From an uncultured Oscillospiraceae bacterium (GTDB lineage: Bacteria; Bacillota; Clostridia; Christensenellales; CAG-138): a stretch of DNA of 64,000 nt. Numbering within the stretch: the stretch's first letter is position 1; the number at the start of each line of letters is the position of its first letter. The notes beneath the pieces are model-generated. The model was not told where the DNA came from and searched no databases. It worked only from the letters and a program-made list of their open reading frames with translations. The position numbers and the translations under genes were made by a program. The DNA lies in contig CAZBVC010000004.1 in assembly GCA_964495255.1 (NCBI GenBank), positions 953 through 64,952 of the forward strand. Reading direction: 5' to 3'. Of this stretch, positions 1 through 9,097 are shown piece after piece.

Positions 1-593
1 GTATCCTTCATGCGGATACGGCGCTCCTCGCGGGTCGTAATCAGGCGAATGACAGGCGGCTGGACAATCGGCACCAGCGCCATATACGAATATGCCGCAA
101 CGATGATCGGCCCGATATAGTTTGATTTCAAATAGCTTGCCACGAAGATGGAGGTCGGACCGTCCGCCGCGCCGATGATGGCGATGGACGCCGCGTCCTT
201 GAGCGGGAATCCCAAAAGCGCCGCGACGCTCAGCGTGAAAAAGATGCCGAACTGCGCAGCCGCGCCAAAGAGCATGAGCTTCGGGTTGGAAAGCAGCGGC
301 CCAAAATCGATCATGGCGCCAATACCGATAAACAGCAGCAGCGGGAACAGCTCGTTGGCGATGCCGCTGTCAAACAGCACGTCGATCACGCCGATTTCCT
401 TCACGCCGTCTATGATCTGCGTCACCGCGCCCGACCTCGGCAAATTGACGAGAATCGCGCCGAAGCCCATCGGCAGCAAAAGCGTCGGCTCCATATTCTT
501 GACGATCGCCAGCGCGATCAGAACGCCTCCGACGCCCCACATCACGACCTGTTGCCAGGTCAAATTCAATACGTTCCCAAACAACGCTTCCAT
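1..593 (-). CDS. Sodium ion-translocating decarboxylase beta subunit (OadB/GcdB/MmdB family). Partial: the 3' end runs off the window.
   Basis: Hand translation from ATG 593-591: MEALFGNVLNLTWQQVVMWGVGGVLIALAIVKNMEPTLLLPMGFGAILVNLP...AIIGAADGPTSIF. This is a typical N-terminus for the family. The SD AAGGAGAG lies 6 nt upstream. The gene is absent from the ORF track because no stop codon falls inside the window. Confidence 0.8.
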   Translation of the reverse strand, partial: MEALFGNVLNLTWQQVVMWGVGGVLIALAIVKNMEPTLLLPMGFGAILVNLPRSGAVTQIIDGVKEIGVIDVLFDSGIANELFPLLLFIGIGAMIDFGPLLSNPKLMLFGAAAQFGIFFTLSVAALLGFPLKDAASIAIIGAADGPTSIFVASYLKSNYIGPIIVAAYSYMALVPIVQPPVIRLITTREERRIRMKD

Positions 594-640
594 CTCGGGC
601 TCTCCTTGCCATGCTGCTTTTTCTGCGCTTCGATTGGCGC

Positions 641-659
641 GCAATGTATCATACATTGC
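641..659. promoter_or_regulatory. 19-bp perfect palindrome GCAATGTAT-C-ATACATTGC; candidate operator in a divergent promoter region.
   Basis: 9-bp arms around one central nucleotide, about 50 nt upstream of the decarboxylase start. The 10-mer CGCGCAATGT (638-647) recurs at 767-776. Confidence 0.45.
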
Positions 660-833
660 CTTGCATGACAAACTCCATCCCCAAACCGTAATCTTGATGC
701 TTTCTTTATGCTCCGAATGCAAACCTTGATATCCTCTTGATACGCGCAGTTTCGCCTTGTTTCCGCCGCGCAATGTGATACAATAATCAGCATATGTTTC
801 CTGCCGCACTGCTCGCGGGGAAAGGATACGGCG

Positions 834-1940
834 ATGCGGACAAAAAGCAAAAAGTCCGTTTGGACGAACCTTCTCGTCATGGTCGGTATGCTGTGCGCCG
901 CGACCGCGCTTTGCCTCCTTTTGGACTTTTTCGACAACAGGGGGCATGGGGACGCCTATTGCGCCATGCTGTATCTGCTTGCCGTGCTGCTTGTTTCGCG
1001 CTTTACCGACGGCTATGCTTACGGCGTGGCGGCGTCGCTTGTCAGCGTGCTGGCAATCAACTTTTTCTTCACCTACCCGTATAACGCGTTTAACTTCTTT
1101 CTTCCCGGTTATCCCGTGGCGATCGCTTGTATGCTCGCCGTGGCGATCTGCACAAGCGCGCTCATCACGCGCATCAAGGAGCAAGAGCGGCTGCGGTTGG
1201 AGGCGGAGCGCGAAAAGACGCGCGCCAATCTACTGCGCGCCGTGTCGCACGATCTGCGCACGCCGCTGACCTCCATTATGGGGGCGAGCGCCGCGCTGAA
1301 AGCGAGCGACGAGCTTTTGGGGCACGAGCAGCGCATGCGTCTTTACGGCGAGATCGACGACGACGCGCAATGGCTTTTGCGTATGGTCGAAAACCTGCTC
1401 ATCATCACGCGCATTCGCCAAGACCGCGCGCAAAAGCTCACGAAATCGCCCGAGCTCATCGAGGAAGTGCTCTCCGAAGCGTTTCGGCGCTTTCAAAAGC
1501 GTTTCCCCGAAACGCCCGTGCTTGTTTCCGCGCCCGAGGAGCCGATCCTCTGCCCCATGGACGCGATGCTGATCGAGCAGGTGCTCATCAACCTGCTGGA
1601 AAACGTCGCGCTGCACGCGCACACGAAGGAGACGACCGTACTGCGCGCGGTTAAACGGGATCAAACGGTCGTATTTTCCGTTTCGGACAAGGGCTGCGGC
1701 GTGCCGAAGGAGCAGCTCAAAACGCTGTTTGACGGCGGATGGAGCGCATTAAAGGACAATCAAACGGACGGGAAGCGCAGCATGGGCATCGGGCTGTCCG
1801 TATGCAGCGCGATCGTTCGGGAGCACGGCGGGAGGATGTGGGCGGAAACAGGCGAAAATGGCGGGCTGATCGTGTCGTTTGACCTGCCGCTCTCGCCCGA
1901 AACCAACGAGCCCTCGAAACGAATCCCCGAAAACGCATAA
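834..1940 (+). CDS. Sensor histidine kinase, KdpD C-terminal-like (DUF4118-type membrane domain plus HisKA plus HATPase). It lacks the KdpD N-terminal sensor domain.
   Basis: H-box SHDLRTPLTSIMGA, hydrophobic N-terminal segments, and ATPase N/G boxes (LINLLENV, DKGCGV, GIGLSV). Confidence 0.85.
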   Translation: MRTKSKKSVWTNLLVMVGMLCAATALCLLLDFFDNRGHGDAYCAMLYLLAVLLVSRFTDGYAYGVAASLVSVLAINFFFTYPYNAFNFFLPGYPVAIACMLAVAICTSALITRIKEQERLRLEAEREKTRANLLRAVSHDLRTPLTSIMGASAALKASDELLGHEQRMRLYGEIDDDAQWLLRMVENLLIITRIRQDRAQKLTKSPELIEEVLSEAFRRFQKRFPETPVLVSAPEEPILCPMDAMLIEQVLINLLENVALHAHTKETTVLRAVKRDQTVVFSVSDKGCGVPKEQLKTLFDGGWSALKDNQTDGKRSMGIGLSVCSAIVREHGGRMWAETGENGGLIVSFDLPLSPETNEPSKRIPENA

Positions 1941-1959
1941 TTATGGAAGCAGGTATACG

Positions 1960-2652
1960 ATGAGCGAACGGATCCTGATCGTTGAAGACGAAGCGAACAT
2001 CAATCGCCTGCTGGCGGCGGCGTTGCAGACGGCGGGCTACGCAACCGTTTCGGCAAAGAACGGGCGCGAGGCGATGACGATTCTGACCGCGGATTGCATC
2101 GACGCGGTGATTCTCGATCTCGGGCTGCCCGATTTGGATGGGCAAACGATCATTTCGTCCGTGCGCAAATGGTCGGAGGTGCCGATCCTTGTGCTTTCCG
2201 CGCGCACGCACGAGCGCGACAAGGTTCTCGCGCTGGACAACGGCGCGGACGATTATCTGGTCAAGCCCTTTGCCATGGGCGAGCTGCTCGCGAGGCTTCG
2301 CACGGTTTTGCGGCATTCCGCGCGGCAAAAAGCGACCGCATCGGGCGCAACGCCGTTCCAAGCGGGCGATTTTCGCATCGATTTCGACAAGCGGCGCGTG
2401 TTTTTAGGCGGCGCGGACGTGCGCCTGACGCAAACGGAGTATCGCATTTTGGAGCTGCTCACGCAAAACGCGGGGCGTGTGCTGACCTATGATTATATCG
2501 GAAAGCGCATTTGGGGGCCCGCCGCGCCGTTCGACCGACAGATCCTGCGCGTCAACATGGCGAACATCCGCCGCAAGATCGAGCCGAATCCCGCCATGCC
2601 GCGCTATCTGCTGACGGATATCGGCGTGGGCTACCGCTTTTCGGAGGAATAG
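1960..2652 (+). CDS. OmpR-family response regulator, KdpE-like.
   Basis: MSERILIVEDE receiver domain (DLGLPDLDG, KPF) with a C-terminal winged helix (LTQTEYRILELL...GVGYRF). Internal ATG at 1960, 20 nt after the kinase stop. Confidence 0.9.
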   Translation: MSERILIVEDEANINRLLAAALQTAGYATVSAKNGREAMTILTADCIDAVILDLGLPDLDGQTIISSVRKWSEVPILVLSARTHERDKVLALDNGADDYLVKPFAMGELLARLRTVLRHSARQKATASGATPFQAGDFRIDFDKRRVFLGGADVRLTQTEYRILELLTQNAGRVLTYDYIGKRIWGPAAPFDRQILRVNMANIRRKIEPNPAMPRYLLTDIGVGYRFSEE

Positions 2653-2794
2653 CGCCCGAATTTTTTTTTGCGCGACCGTTCCAAACGGTTTGCACGCGCC
2701 CGCGCTGTTGATTTTTGTATGAATTTCTGTTACGCTTAGATTCCGAGTATGCGGGCATAACCGCGTACATAACCACGGATGAAAGGGTTTTAAC

Positions 2795-4153
2795 ATGCAA
2801 ATCGTCGTCGTCGGCATCGGCAAAGTCGGGCTTACGCTCGCCTCGCATTTGGTCGCCGAGGGGCATAACGTTACGGTCATCGACAACAACGAATCCAAGC
2901 TCACGCAGGCGGGCAACACGCTGGACGTAATCGGCTATTCGGGCAACGGCGCGGCTTACGCAACGCTCGCGGCGGCGGGCGTCGGCAGAGCGGATCTTCT
3001 GATCGCCGCGACCACGTCGGACGAGACGAACATGCTCTGCTGCCTGACGGCGCATCACCTTGGTGCGCAGCATACCATCGCGCGCGTGCGCAACCCCGAA
3101 TACTCCGAATATACGAGCTTTCTGCGCGAAGGGCTCGGGCTTTCCATGGTAATCAATCCCGAGCTTGCCGCGGCGCAGGAGATTGCGCGCATCTTGCGCT
3201 TCCCCTCCGCAACGCGCGTCGAAATGTTTGCCAACGGGCGCGTGGAGCTCGTTTCCTGCCGCGTCAGGCAGGGCGGCCTGCTCGAAGGCGTTTCCCTGCG
3301 CGACCTGCCGAAAAAGGTCGGCGTCAAGGTTCTCATCTGCGCGGTCGAACGCAACGGCGACGTGCTGATTCCTTCGGGCGATTTTGTGCCGCAGGCAGAC
3401 GACGTGCTGTACATCATCGGCACGCCGACGGACATGCTCAACACCTTCAAAAAGCTCAACCTCTTTACGAGCCGCGCCAAGACGGTCATGATCGTCGGCG
3501 GCGGGCGCATCTCGTACTATTTGGCGGACTCGCTGACAAAGGACGGCGTATCGGTCAAAATCATCGAACGCGACCCCGCGCGCGCCGCGGAGCTTGGGCG
3601 GCTGCTGCCCCGCGCGGTCATCTTGCAGGGCGATTTGGCAAACCACGACATGCTCCTCGAGGAAGGGCTCGACAAGATGGACGCGTTCGTCGCGCTGACA
3701 GGGCTTGACGAGGGCAACATCCTCGCCTCCATCTACGCCTCGCGGCAAAACGTCCGCAAGGTCATTGCAAAGGTCAACAACGACGATCTGGTGGAGCTCA
3801 TGCGCGACACGGCGCTGGAAACCACCATATCGCCCAGAATGATTACCGTCAACCAAATCTCGCGCTATGTCCGCGCGCTGAACGCAAGCGGCGAAAGCGG
3901 AAACGTCTTGGCGCTATACCGCCTGATCGGCAGCCGCGTGGAGGTGCTGGAATTCCGCGCGGACGAAAAGGGCGACTATCTCAACACGCCGCTCGCCGAC
4001 CTTACCACCAAGAAGGGCACGCTGATTGCGTGCATCATTCGCGGCGGACGCGCGGTTATCCCCGGCGGACGCGACGAGATCCGCGCTGGCGACGGCGTTT
4101 TGGTCGTCACATCCGATCGACAGCTGCAATCGCTTTCCGACATATTGGAGTAA
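2795..4153 (+). CDS. trkA: Trk potassium uptake system NAD-binding subunit TrkA.
   Basis: Two Rossmann motifs (VVGIGKVG, IVGGGRIS) and two RCK_C-like halves; 452 aa. Confidence 0.9.
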   Translation: MQIVVVGIGKVGLTLASHLVAEGHNVTVIDNNESKLTQAGNTLDVIGYSGNGAAYATLAAAGVGRADLLIAATTSDETNMLCCLTAHHLGAQHTIARVRNPEYSEYTSFLREGLGLSMVINPELAAAQEIARILRFPSATRVEMFANGRVELVSCRVRQGGLLEGVSLRDLPKKVGVKVLICAVERNGDVLIPSGDFVPQADDVLYIIGTPTDMLNTFKKLNLFTSRAKTVMIVGGGRISYYLADSLTKDGVSVKIIERDPARAAELGRLLPRAVILQGDLANHDMLLEEGLDKMDAFVALTGLDEGNILASIYASRQNVRKVIAKVNNDDLVELMRDTALETTISPRMITVNQISRYVRALNASGESGNVLALYRLIGSRVEVLEFRADEKGDYLNTPLADLTTKKGTLIACIIRGGRAVIPGGRDEIRAGDGVLVVTSDRQLQSLSDILE

Positions 4154-4156
4154 CGT

Positions 4157-5608
4157 ATGAACCGTAAGATGGTCGCCTATATCCTCGGGCGCGTGCTATT
4201 CGTGGAGGCGCTTTTGATGCTGCCTTCGGTGCTGTGCGGTCTGATCTGCCGCGAGCATGCGGTTGTCTCCTTCCTGCCGTCGATTTTGATCGCAGGGCTG
4301 ACGGGCGCGGTTCTGCTCGGCAAAAAGCCGCGCGATACGACCATCTACGCCCGTGAGGGCTTCTGCATCGTTGCGCTTTCGTGGGTTCTGCTCTCGATGA
4401 TCGGCGCGATTCCGTTGCTGCTCTGCGGACACGGCTTCTCCGTGTGGGACAGCTTCTTCGAGATCGTATCGGGCTTCACCACGACGGGCGCGACCGTTAT
4501 TTCCGACGTTGAGGCGCTGCCCAAATGTATCCTGTTTTGGCGCAGCTTTACGCATTGGGTCGGCGGCATGGGCGTTCTCGTGTTCGCGCTCGCCGTGATC
4601 CCCATGGCGGATAACCGCTCGCTCCATTTGATGCGCGCGGAGGTGCCCGGGCCCGAGGTTGGCAAGCTCGTGCCGCGCATGCGCGAAACGGCGAAGATTC
4701 TGTACGGCGTATACTCCGTTTTGACGGTCATATTGATCCTGCTGCTGCTGCTGGGCGGTATGCCGCTGTTTGACTCGCTCTGCACCGCGTTCGGCGCGGC
4801 GGGCACGGGCGGCTTTTCCGTCAAGAACATCGGCATCATGTACTATGACGACGTTTATTTGGAAACCGTGATCGCGGTGTTCATGCTGATTTTCGGCGTC
4901 AACTTTAACCTGTTTTACCTCATCATGATCCGCCGGGTTCGCGCCGCGCTGCAAAACGAGGAGCTTCGCTGGTATATGCTCGTCGTAACGGGCGCGGTTC
5001 TCTGCATCGCGTGCGACACGCTGCACCTCTACGAATCGTTCGGGCAGTCGCTGCGCTACGCGTTCTTTCAAGTCAGTTCCATCGTCACAACGACGGGCTA
5101 CGCCACGGCGGACTTCGCGAACGACTGGCCGCAGTTTTCGCAGCATGTGCTCGTGCTGCTCATGATCATCGGCGCGTGTGCGGGCTCTACCGGCGGCGGT
5201 CTCAAGGTTTCCCGTCTCATCATTTTGGTCAAAACGTTTTCGAGCGAGGTGCGCCGCCTTATCCATCCGCGCATGGTATCCGTCATCCGTTTGGACGGCA
5301 AAGCGCTTTCCGAGGAAACCACGCAGGGCGTGCGCGTTTATTTCACGATCTATATGCTGATTATCTTTGTCTCCACGCTGCTCATCTCGCTCAACGAGCA
5401 TGACTTGACAACGAACCTGACCGCCGTGCTCGCGTGCTTCAACAACATCGGGCCGGGCTTGGGCGAGGTGGGGCCGTTGGGCAACTATGCGTTCTATTCG
5501 CCTGCGTCCAAGATTTTGCTTTCGTTTGACATGCTGCTCGGCAGGCTGGAAATCTATCCCCTGCTCGTTCTGTTTTCGCCGGGCATTTGGAAGCGATCGG
5601 CGTCCTAA
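4157..5608 (+). CDS. trkH: TrkH/KtrB-family potassium transporter membrane subunit.
   Basis: Multi-pass membrane protein with repeated selectivity-loop-like motifs (TTTGAT, GTGGFS, TTTGYA, STGGGLK). A GGAG SD precedes it, and it starts 3 nt after trkA. Confidence 0.9.
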   Translation: MNRKMVAYILGRVLFVEALLMLPSVLCGLICREHAVVSFLPSILIAGLTGAVLLGKKPRDTTIYAREGFCIVALSWVLLSMIGAIPLLLCGHGFSVWDSFFEIVSGFTTTGATVISDVEALPKCILFWRSFTHWVGGMGVLVFALAVIPMADNRSLHLMRAEVPGPEVGKLVPRMRETAKILYGVYSVLTVILILLLLLGGMPLFDSLCTAFGAAGTGGFSVKNIGIMYYDDVYLETVIAVFMLIFGVNFNLFYLIMIRRVRAALQNEELRWYMLVVTGAVLCIACDTLHLYESFGQSLRYAFFQVSSIVTTTGYATADFANDWPQFSQHVLVLLMIIGACAGSTGGGLKVSRLIILVKTFSSEVRRLIHPRMVSVIRLDGKALSEETTQGVRVYFTIYMLIIFVSTLLISLNEHDLTTNLTAVLACFNNIGPGLGEVGPLGNYAFYSPASKILLSFDMLLGRLEIYPLLVLFSPGIWKRSAS

Positions 5609-5661
5609 AACCGTTTCGGTCGCGCTGTTTTCCCATCATACCGAAAGGAAGTACCTTTTCT

Positions 5662-6348
5662 ATGTGGTCGATTCTGTTGCCCGTCGTTTTGGTCGGCGTC
5701 GCGCTTGACGCCGCGTTCATCGTCACGGAGTATCGTAAAAAATACGTCGCGGCGGTCGTGCTCAAAGGGCTTGCGTCGCTCTTGTTTGTCGTTCTTGGGC
5801 TGATCTGTATGCAAAAAGCGGCGGGCCGACCGTTTGCCCTGTCTGTTCTGCTCGGGCTGATGTTCGGCGCGCTCGGGGACATCTTGCTGAACCTGCGCAT
5901 GGTTCTCGAAAAGGGTAAGGACAAGATCTTTGCCGCCGGCATCGCGGTGTTTTTGATCGGGCATCTGCTCTACATCCTCGCCCTGATTCTGCGGGACGCG
6001 TCCGCCGCGCTGTACGGCATACCCGCCGCCGCCGTACTCGCGCTGATCCTCATACCGCTCGTGCTCAAACGCATCGACGCGCCGAGCAAGCAGCTTCGCG
6101 CATTTGGCGTCGTCTACCTCGCCGTTGTCGTCGTCATGTTCGGCTGCGCGGCGGCGCTTGCGATCCTGCATTGGGGCGAAGGATGCAGCCTGCTGTTCGC
6201 GCTTGGCGCGCTGCTGTTCCTCATCAGCGACTTTGTGCTCGTGTTCAACCTCTTTGGCAGGAAGAAGCATCCATCGCTGCGCGCGATCAACCTGTCGCTC
6301 TACTATGTCGGGCAGCTTCTCATCGCGCTTTGCCTGCTGTTTGCCTAG
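5662..6348 (+). CDS. YhhN-family (lysoplasmalogenase-like) integral membrane protein.
   Basis: About 228 aa and fully hydrophobic with multiple TM segments. Internal ATG 5662 with SD GAAAGGAAG. The family call rests on overall resemblance only. Confidence 0.55.
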   Translation: MWSILLPVVLVGVALDAAFIVTEYRKKYVAAVVLKGLASLLFVVLGLICMQKAAGRPFALSVLLGLMFGALGDILLNLRMVLEKGKDKIFAAGIAVFLIGHLLYILALILRDASAALYGIPAAAVLALILIPLVLKRIDAPSKQLRAFGVVYLAVVVVMFGCAAALAILHWGEGCSLLFALGALLFLISDFVLVFNLFGRKKHPSLRAINLSLYYVGQLLIALCLLFA

Positions 6349-6376
6349 GGCGCAATCTGACTTTTAAGGAATTCGC

Positions 6377-7447
6377 ATGATAAACGTACCGACCGAGCTG
6401 ATTGCATACGGCTTTGACGAGCGATTCGCCGCAGAGGCGGCAAACGACCCCGATTTGACCCCCGCGCGCGTCGTATCGCAGGAAAAGGGGCTTTATCGCG
6501 TCGTCACACAGCGCGGCGAAATCACCGCGGAAATTTCGGGCAAGCTCCGTTATGCCGCAAACGCCGCGGCGGACTATCCTGCGGTCGGAGACTTTGTTTT
6601 GCTCGATCGGGCGGATGGCGACGCGGGCAACGCGATCATTTGCCGCGTCCTGCCGCGTAAAAGCGTATTTTTGCGCAAAGCGGCGGGCGCAACGAGCAGC
6701 GAACAGATCGTTGCGGCGAATATCGACGTCGTGTTCCTCTGCATGGCGCTGAACGAGGACTATAATCTGCGCAGGCTGGAGCGCTATCTCACCATCGCGT
6801 GGGACAGCGGCGCAAAGCCCGTGGTCGTATTGACGAAGGCCGACCTGCCCAACGACCTGCCCTCGCTTGTTCAAAACGCGCGGGAGGTCGCGCTGGGAGC
6901 GGACGTGTTAACCGCATCCGCGCTTGAAACGGACGGCTATACGCAGGTTCTTTCGTATCTTTCCGCCGGCAAAACCGCCGCGCTGATCGGTTCCTCGGGC
7001 GTCGGAAAATCCACGCTCATCAACCGTCTTTTGGGCGAGGACGCCCTGAGAACGAACGGCTTGCGAAACGACGGAAAGGGACGGCATACCACCACGCATC
7101 GCGAGCTGCTGCTGCTGCCCTGCGGCGCGATGGTGATCGACACGCCCGGCATGCGCGAGCTCGGCATGACGACCTGCGCGGGCACGGAACGCACGTTTGC
7201 GGACGTTGAGGCGCTTTTTGCGTCCTGCCGCTTTTCGGACTGCACGCATGCGAGCGAACCCGGCTGCGCGGTGCAGGCGGCGCTTGAAAGCGGCACGCTT
7301 TCAAAGGAACGCTGGCTTTCCTACTTAAAGCTCAAACAGGAGGCGGCCTACGCGAGCGACCGCGAGGGCTATCTCATCGAAAAGACAAAGCGATTCAAGA
7401 AAATCATGCACGATTACCAAGTTTGTCAAGGCAATCGGCGCAAATAG
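6377..7447 (+). CDS. rsgA: Ribosome small-subunit-dependent GTPase A.
   Basis: P-loop GSSGVGKSTLIN, DTPGMRE, and the C-terminal zinc knuckle CRFSDCTHASEPGC. Confidence 0.9.
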   Translation: MINVPTELIAYGFDERFAAEAANDPDLTPARVVSQEKGLYRVVTQRGEITAEISGKLRYAANAAADYPAVGDFVLLDRADGDAGNAIICRVLPRKSVFLRKAAGATSSEQIVAANIDVVFLCMALNEDYNLRRLERYLTIAWDSGAKPVVVLTKADLPNDLPSLVQNAREVALGADVLTASALETDGYTQVLSYLSAGKTAALIGSSGVGKSTLINRLLGEDALRTNGLRNDGKGRHTTTHRELLLLPCGAMVIDTPGMRELGMTTCAGTERTFADVEALFASCRFSDCTHASEPGCAVQAALESGTLSKERWLSYLKLKQEAAYASDREGYLIEKTKRFKKIMHDYQVCQGNRRK

Positions 7448-7460
7448 AAAGGATTTTACC

Positions 7461-8180
7461 ATGCAATATGAAAAAAGCAGGGCGTATGACGCGCCGATCT
7501 TCCGCGCGCGCATCATGGGCCCGAACCCCGCAAAGCTCGAGGAGGAGCTGCTCATCGGCAACCGCATTCCCGCGGGCGCGACCGTGCTCGATTTGGGCTG
7601 CGGCATGGGCGTGACCTCCGTGTTCCTCGCGCGGGAATACGGTTTTACCGTATACGCAACCGATCTATGGTGCAAGGCGGAGGAGAATCAGGCGTTCTTC
7701 GATTCGCTTTCCATCCCGCGCGACCGGCTCATCCCCGTGCACGCGGACGCGACGGAGGGGCTGCCGTTCGAGCCGTCCTTCTTCGACGCGATCGTCACCA
7801 CGGATTCCTACCACTATTTCGGGCGCGACCCCGCCTATTTGGATGAAAAGCTGCTGCCGTTCCTCAAATCGGGCGGATACGTCTATATCGCCATACCCGG
7901 CATGAAGCGCGATTTGCATGACGCGCTGCCCGAGGAGATGCTGCTTTCGTGGACGCCCGAGGATTTGAGCACCATGCACGACGTCGGTTGGTGGGCGAAC
8001 ATCGTCACAAAGTGCCGCGGCGCGCGCCTCGTATCCGTTCAAGAGATGGAGAGCATGGACGAGGTTTGGGACGATTGGCTCTCTTGCGAAAACGAATACG
8101 CCGTGGGCGATCGCAAGGCGATGGGCGCGGGCGCGGGCAAATACTTGAACTTTGTTTCGATCGTGCTGCAAAAGAATTAA
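7461..8180 (+). CDS. Class I SAM-dependent methyltransferase.
   Basis: Motif I VLDLGCGMGVTSVFLA; 239 aa. Confidence 0.8.
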   Translation: MQYEKSRAYDAPIFRARIMGPNPAKLEEELLIGNRIPAGATVLDLGCGMGVTSVFLAREYGFTVYATDLWCKAEENQAFFDSLSIPRDRLIPVHADATEGLPFEPSFFDAIVTTDSYHYFGRDPAYLDEKLLPFLKSGGYVYIAIPGMKRDLHDALPEEMLLSWTPEDLSTMHDVGWWANIVTKCRGARLVSVQEMESMDEVWDDWLSCENEYAVGDRKAMGAGAGKYLNFVSIVLQKN

Positions 8181-8232
8181 GCGCAAAACGAATCAAAAAA
8201 CCGAAAGGAAACCGCACGCGGCGCAGGAGCCC

Positions 8233-9084
8233 TTAACGCTCCCCCGCCGCGTCTTTCTTCATGTAAACCTCCACCGAGCGCTCAACGAACCCAAGCGCGT
8301 CGTAGAGCTTTCGCGCGCGGTTGCCGACCACGCAGTTCAGCGTAACGCGCCTATGCCCGCTCGCCAAAATGCGGCTGCACAAGCCGCTTACAAACACGCG
8401 CCCGACGCCGCGCCCCTGCGCCTCGGGCAGCACCGCGACGGACGATATACCGCTCCCCTCGATATGCGCATAGCCGAGAACGACGCCGTTTTCTTCATAC
8501 ACGAGCCTCTCGCTCGACGTTTTTGCCCAAAACACGCGCATATGATCGGAGGGCGGCTCGACCACGGAGTTCGGGAAATCCCCCACCCGCACGCGCATCT
8601 CATGAAACGCCCGCGCATACAGCTCGTGCGCCGCGTCGTAATCCGTGTCCGCGTAGGCGCGAATGCGCGCCGAATCGCAAAACGTGTTTTCGCCCTCATA
8701 CGTCAGAAAAGCGGAGGTAAAGTCCCGTGCATAGCCGCTTTTTTCGGCAAACGCCGCGGCAACGCCGTCGCATAGCCGATACGCGCTCAGAAAGCGCATG
8801 GCGCCCGCCTCGCGCGCCCGCGTTTCGCATGCGGCAAGCGCGCTTTTCCCATACCCATGCCCGCGAAAACGCGGCAGAATGTACGGCTGGATAAACGCGG
8901 TTTTGCCCGTGTCACACGACGCATAGCCGATCTCCTCCCCAGAAAGGGAAAGCGCAAAAAGCGTATCGAATCGTTCCTCGAGCGCCGTTTTGAGATCGGC
9001 GGGCATATCAGGCAACGATACGTCGGCGTCCGAAAAGCGCATCGGCTCTGTCGTCACCCGCCGCGAGGCTTCCATGCCGCTCAT
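8233..9084 (-). CDS. GNAT-family N-acetyltransferase with tandem GNAT-like halves.
   Basis: Acetyl-CoA-binding-type motifs RGHGYGKSAL and QGRGVGRVF. The start is uncertain: in-frame ATGs occur at 9105, 9084, 9075 and 9042, none with a strong SD. Confidence 0.65.
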   Translation of the reverse strand: MSGMEASRRVTTEPMRFSDADVSLPDMPADLKTALEERFDTLFALSLSGEEIGYASCDTGKTAFIQPYILPRFRGHGYGKSALAACETRAREAGAMRFLSAYRLCDGVAAAFAEKSGYARDFTSAFLTYEGENTFCDSARIRAYADTDYDAAHELYARAFHEMRVRVGDFPNSVVEPPSDHMRVFWAKTSSERLVYEENGVVLGYAHIEGSGISSVAVLPEAQGRGVGRVFVSGLCSRILASGHRRVTLNCVVGNRARKLYDALGFVERSVEVYMKKDAAGER

Positions 9085-9097
9085 TTCCAAGCCGCTT

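Noticed and set aside
2653-2794. c-di-AMP (ydaO/kimA-type) riboswitch upstream of trkA.
   Set aside because: The spacer is short and lacks the paired ACGGGG/CCCG pseudo-symmetric cores. Only a simple 8-bp hairpin is present.
2552-3856. 434-aa minus-strand ORF opposite trkA.
   Set aside because: A shadow ORF of trkA with Arg/Asp/Ala-rich composition and no recognisable domain.
4196-5401. 401-aa ORF on the minus strand, opposite trkH.
   Set aside because: It is antisense to a confidently identified transporter. Its Arg/Ala/Gln-rich low-complexity composition is typical of the wrong frame in high-GC DNA, and it has no motif or SD.
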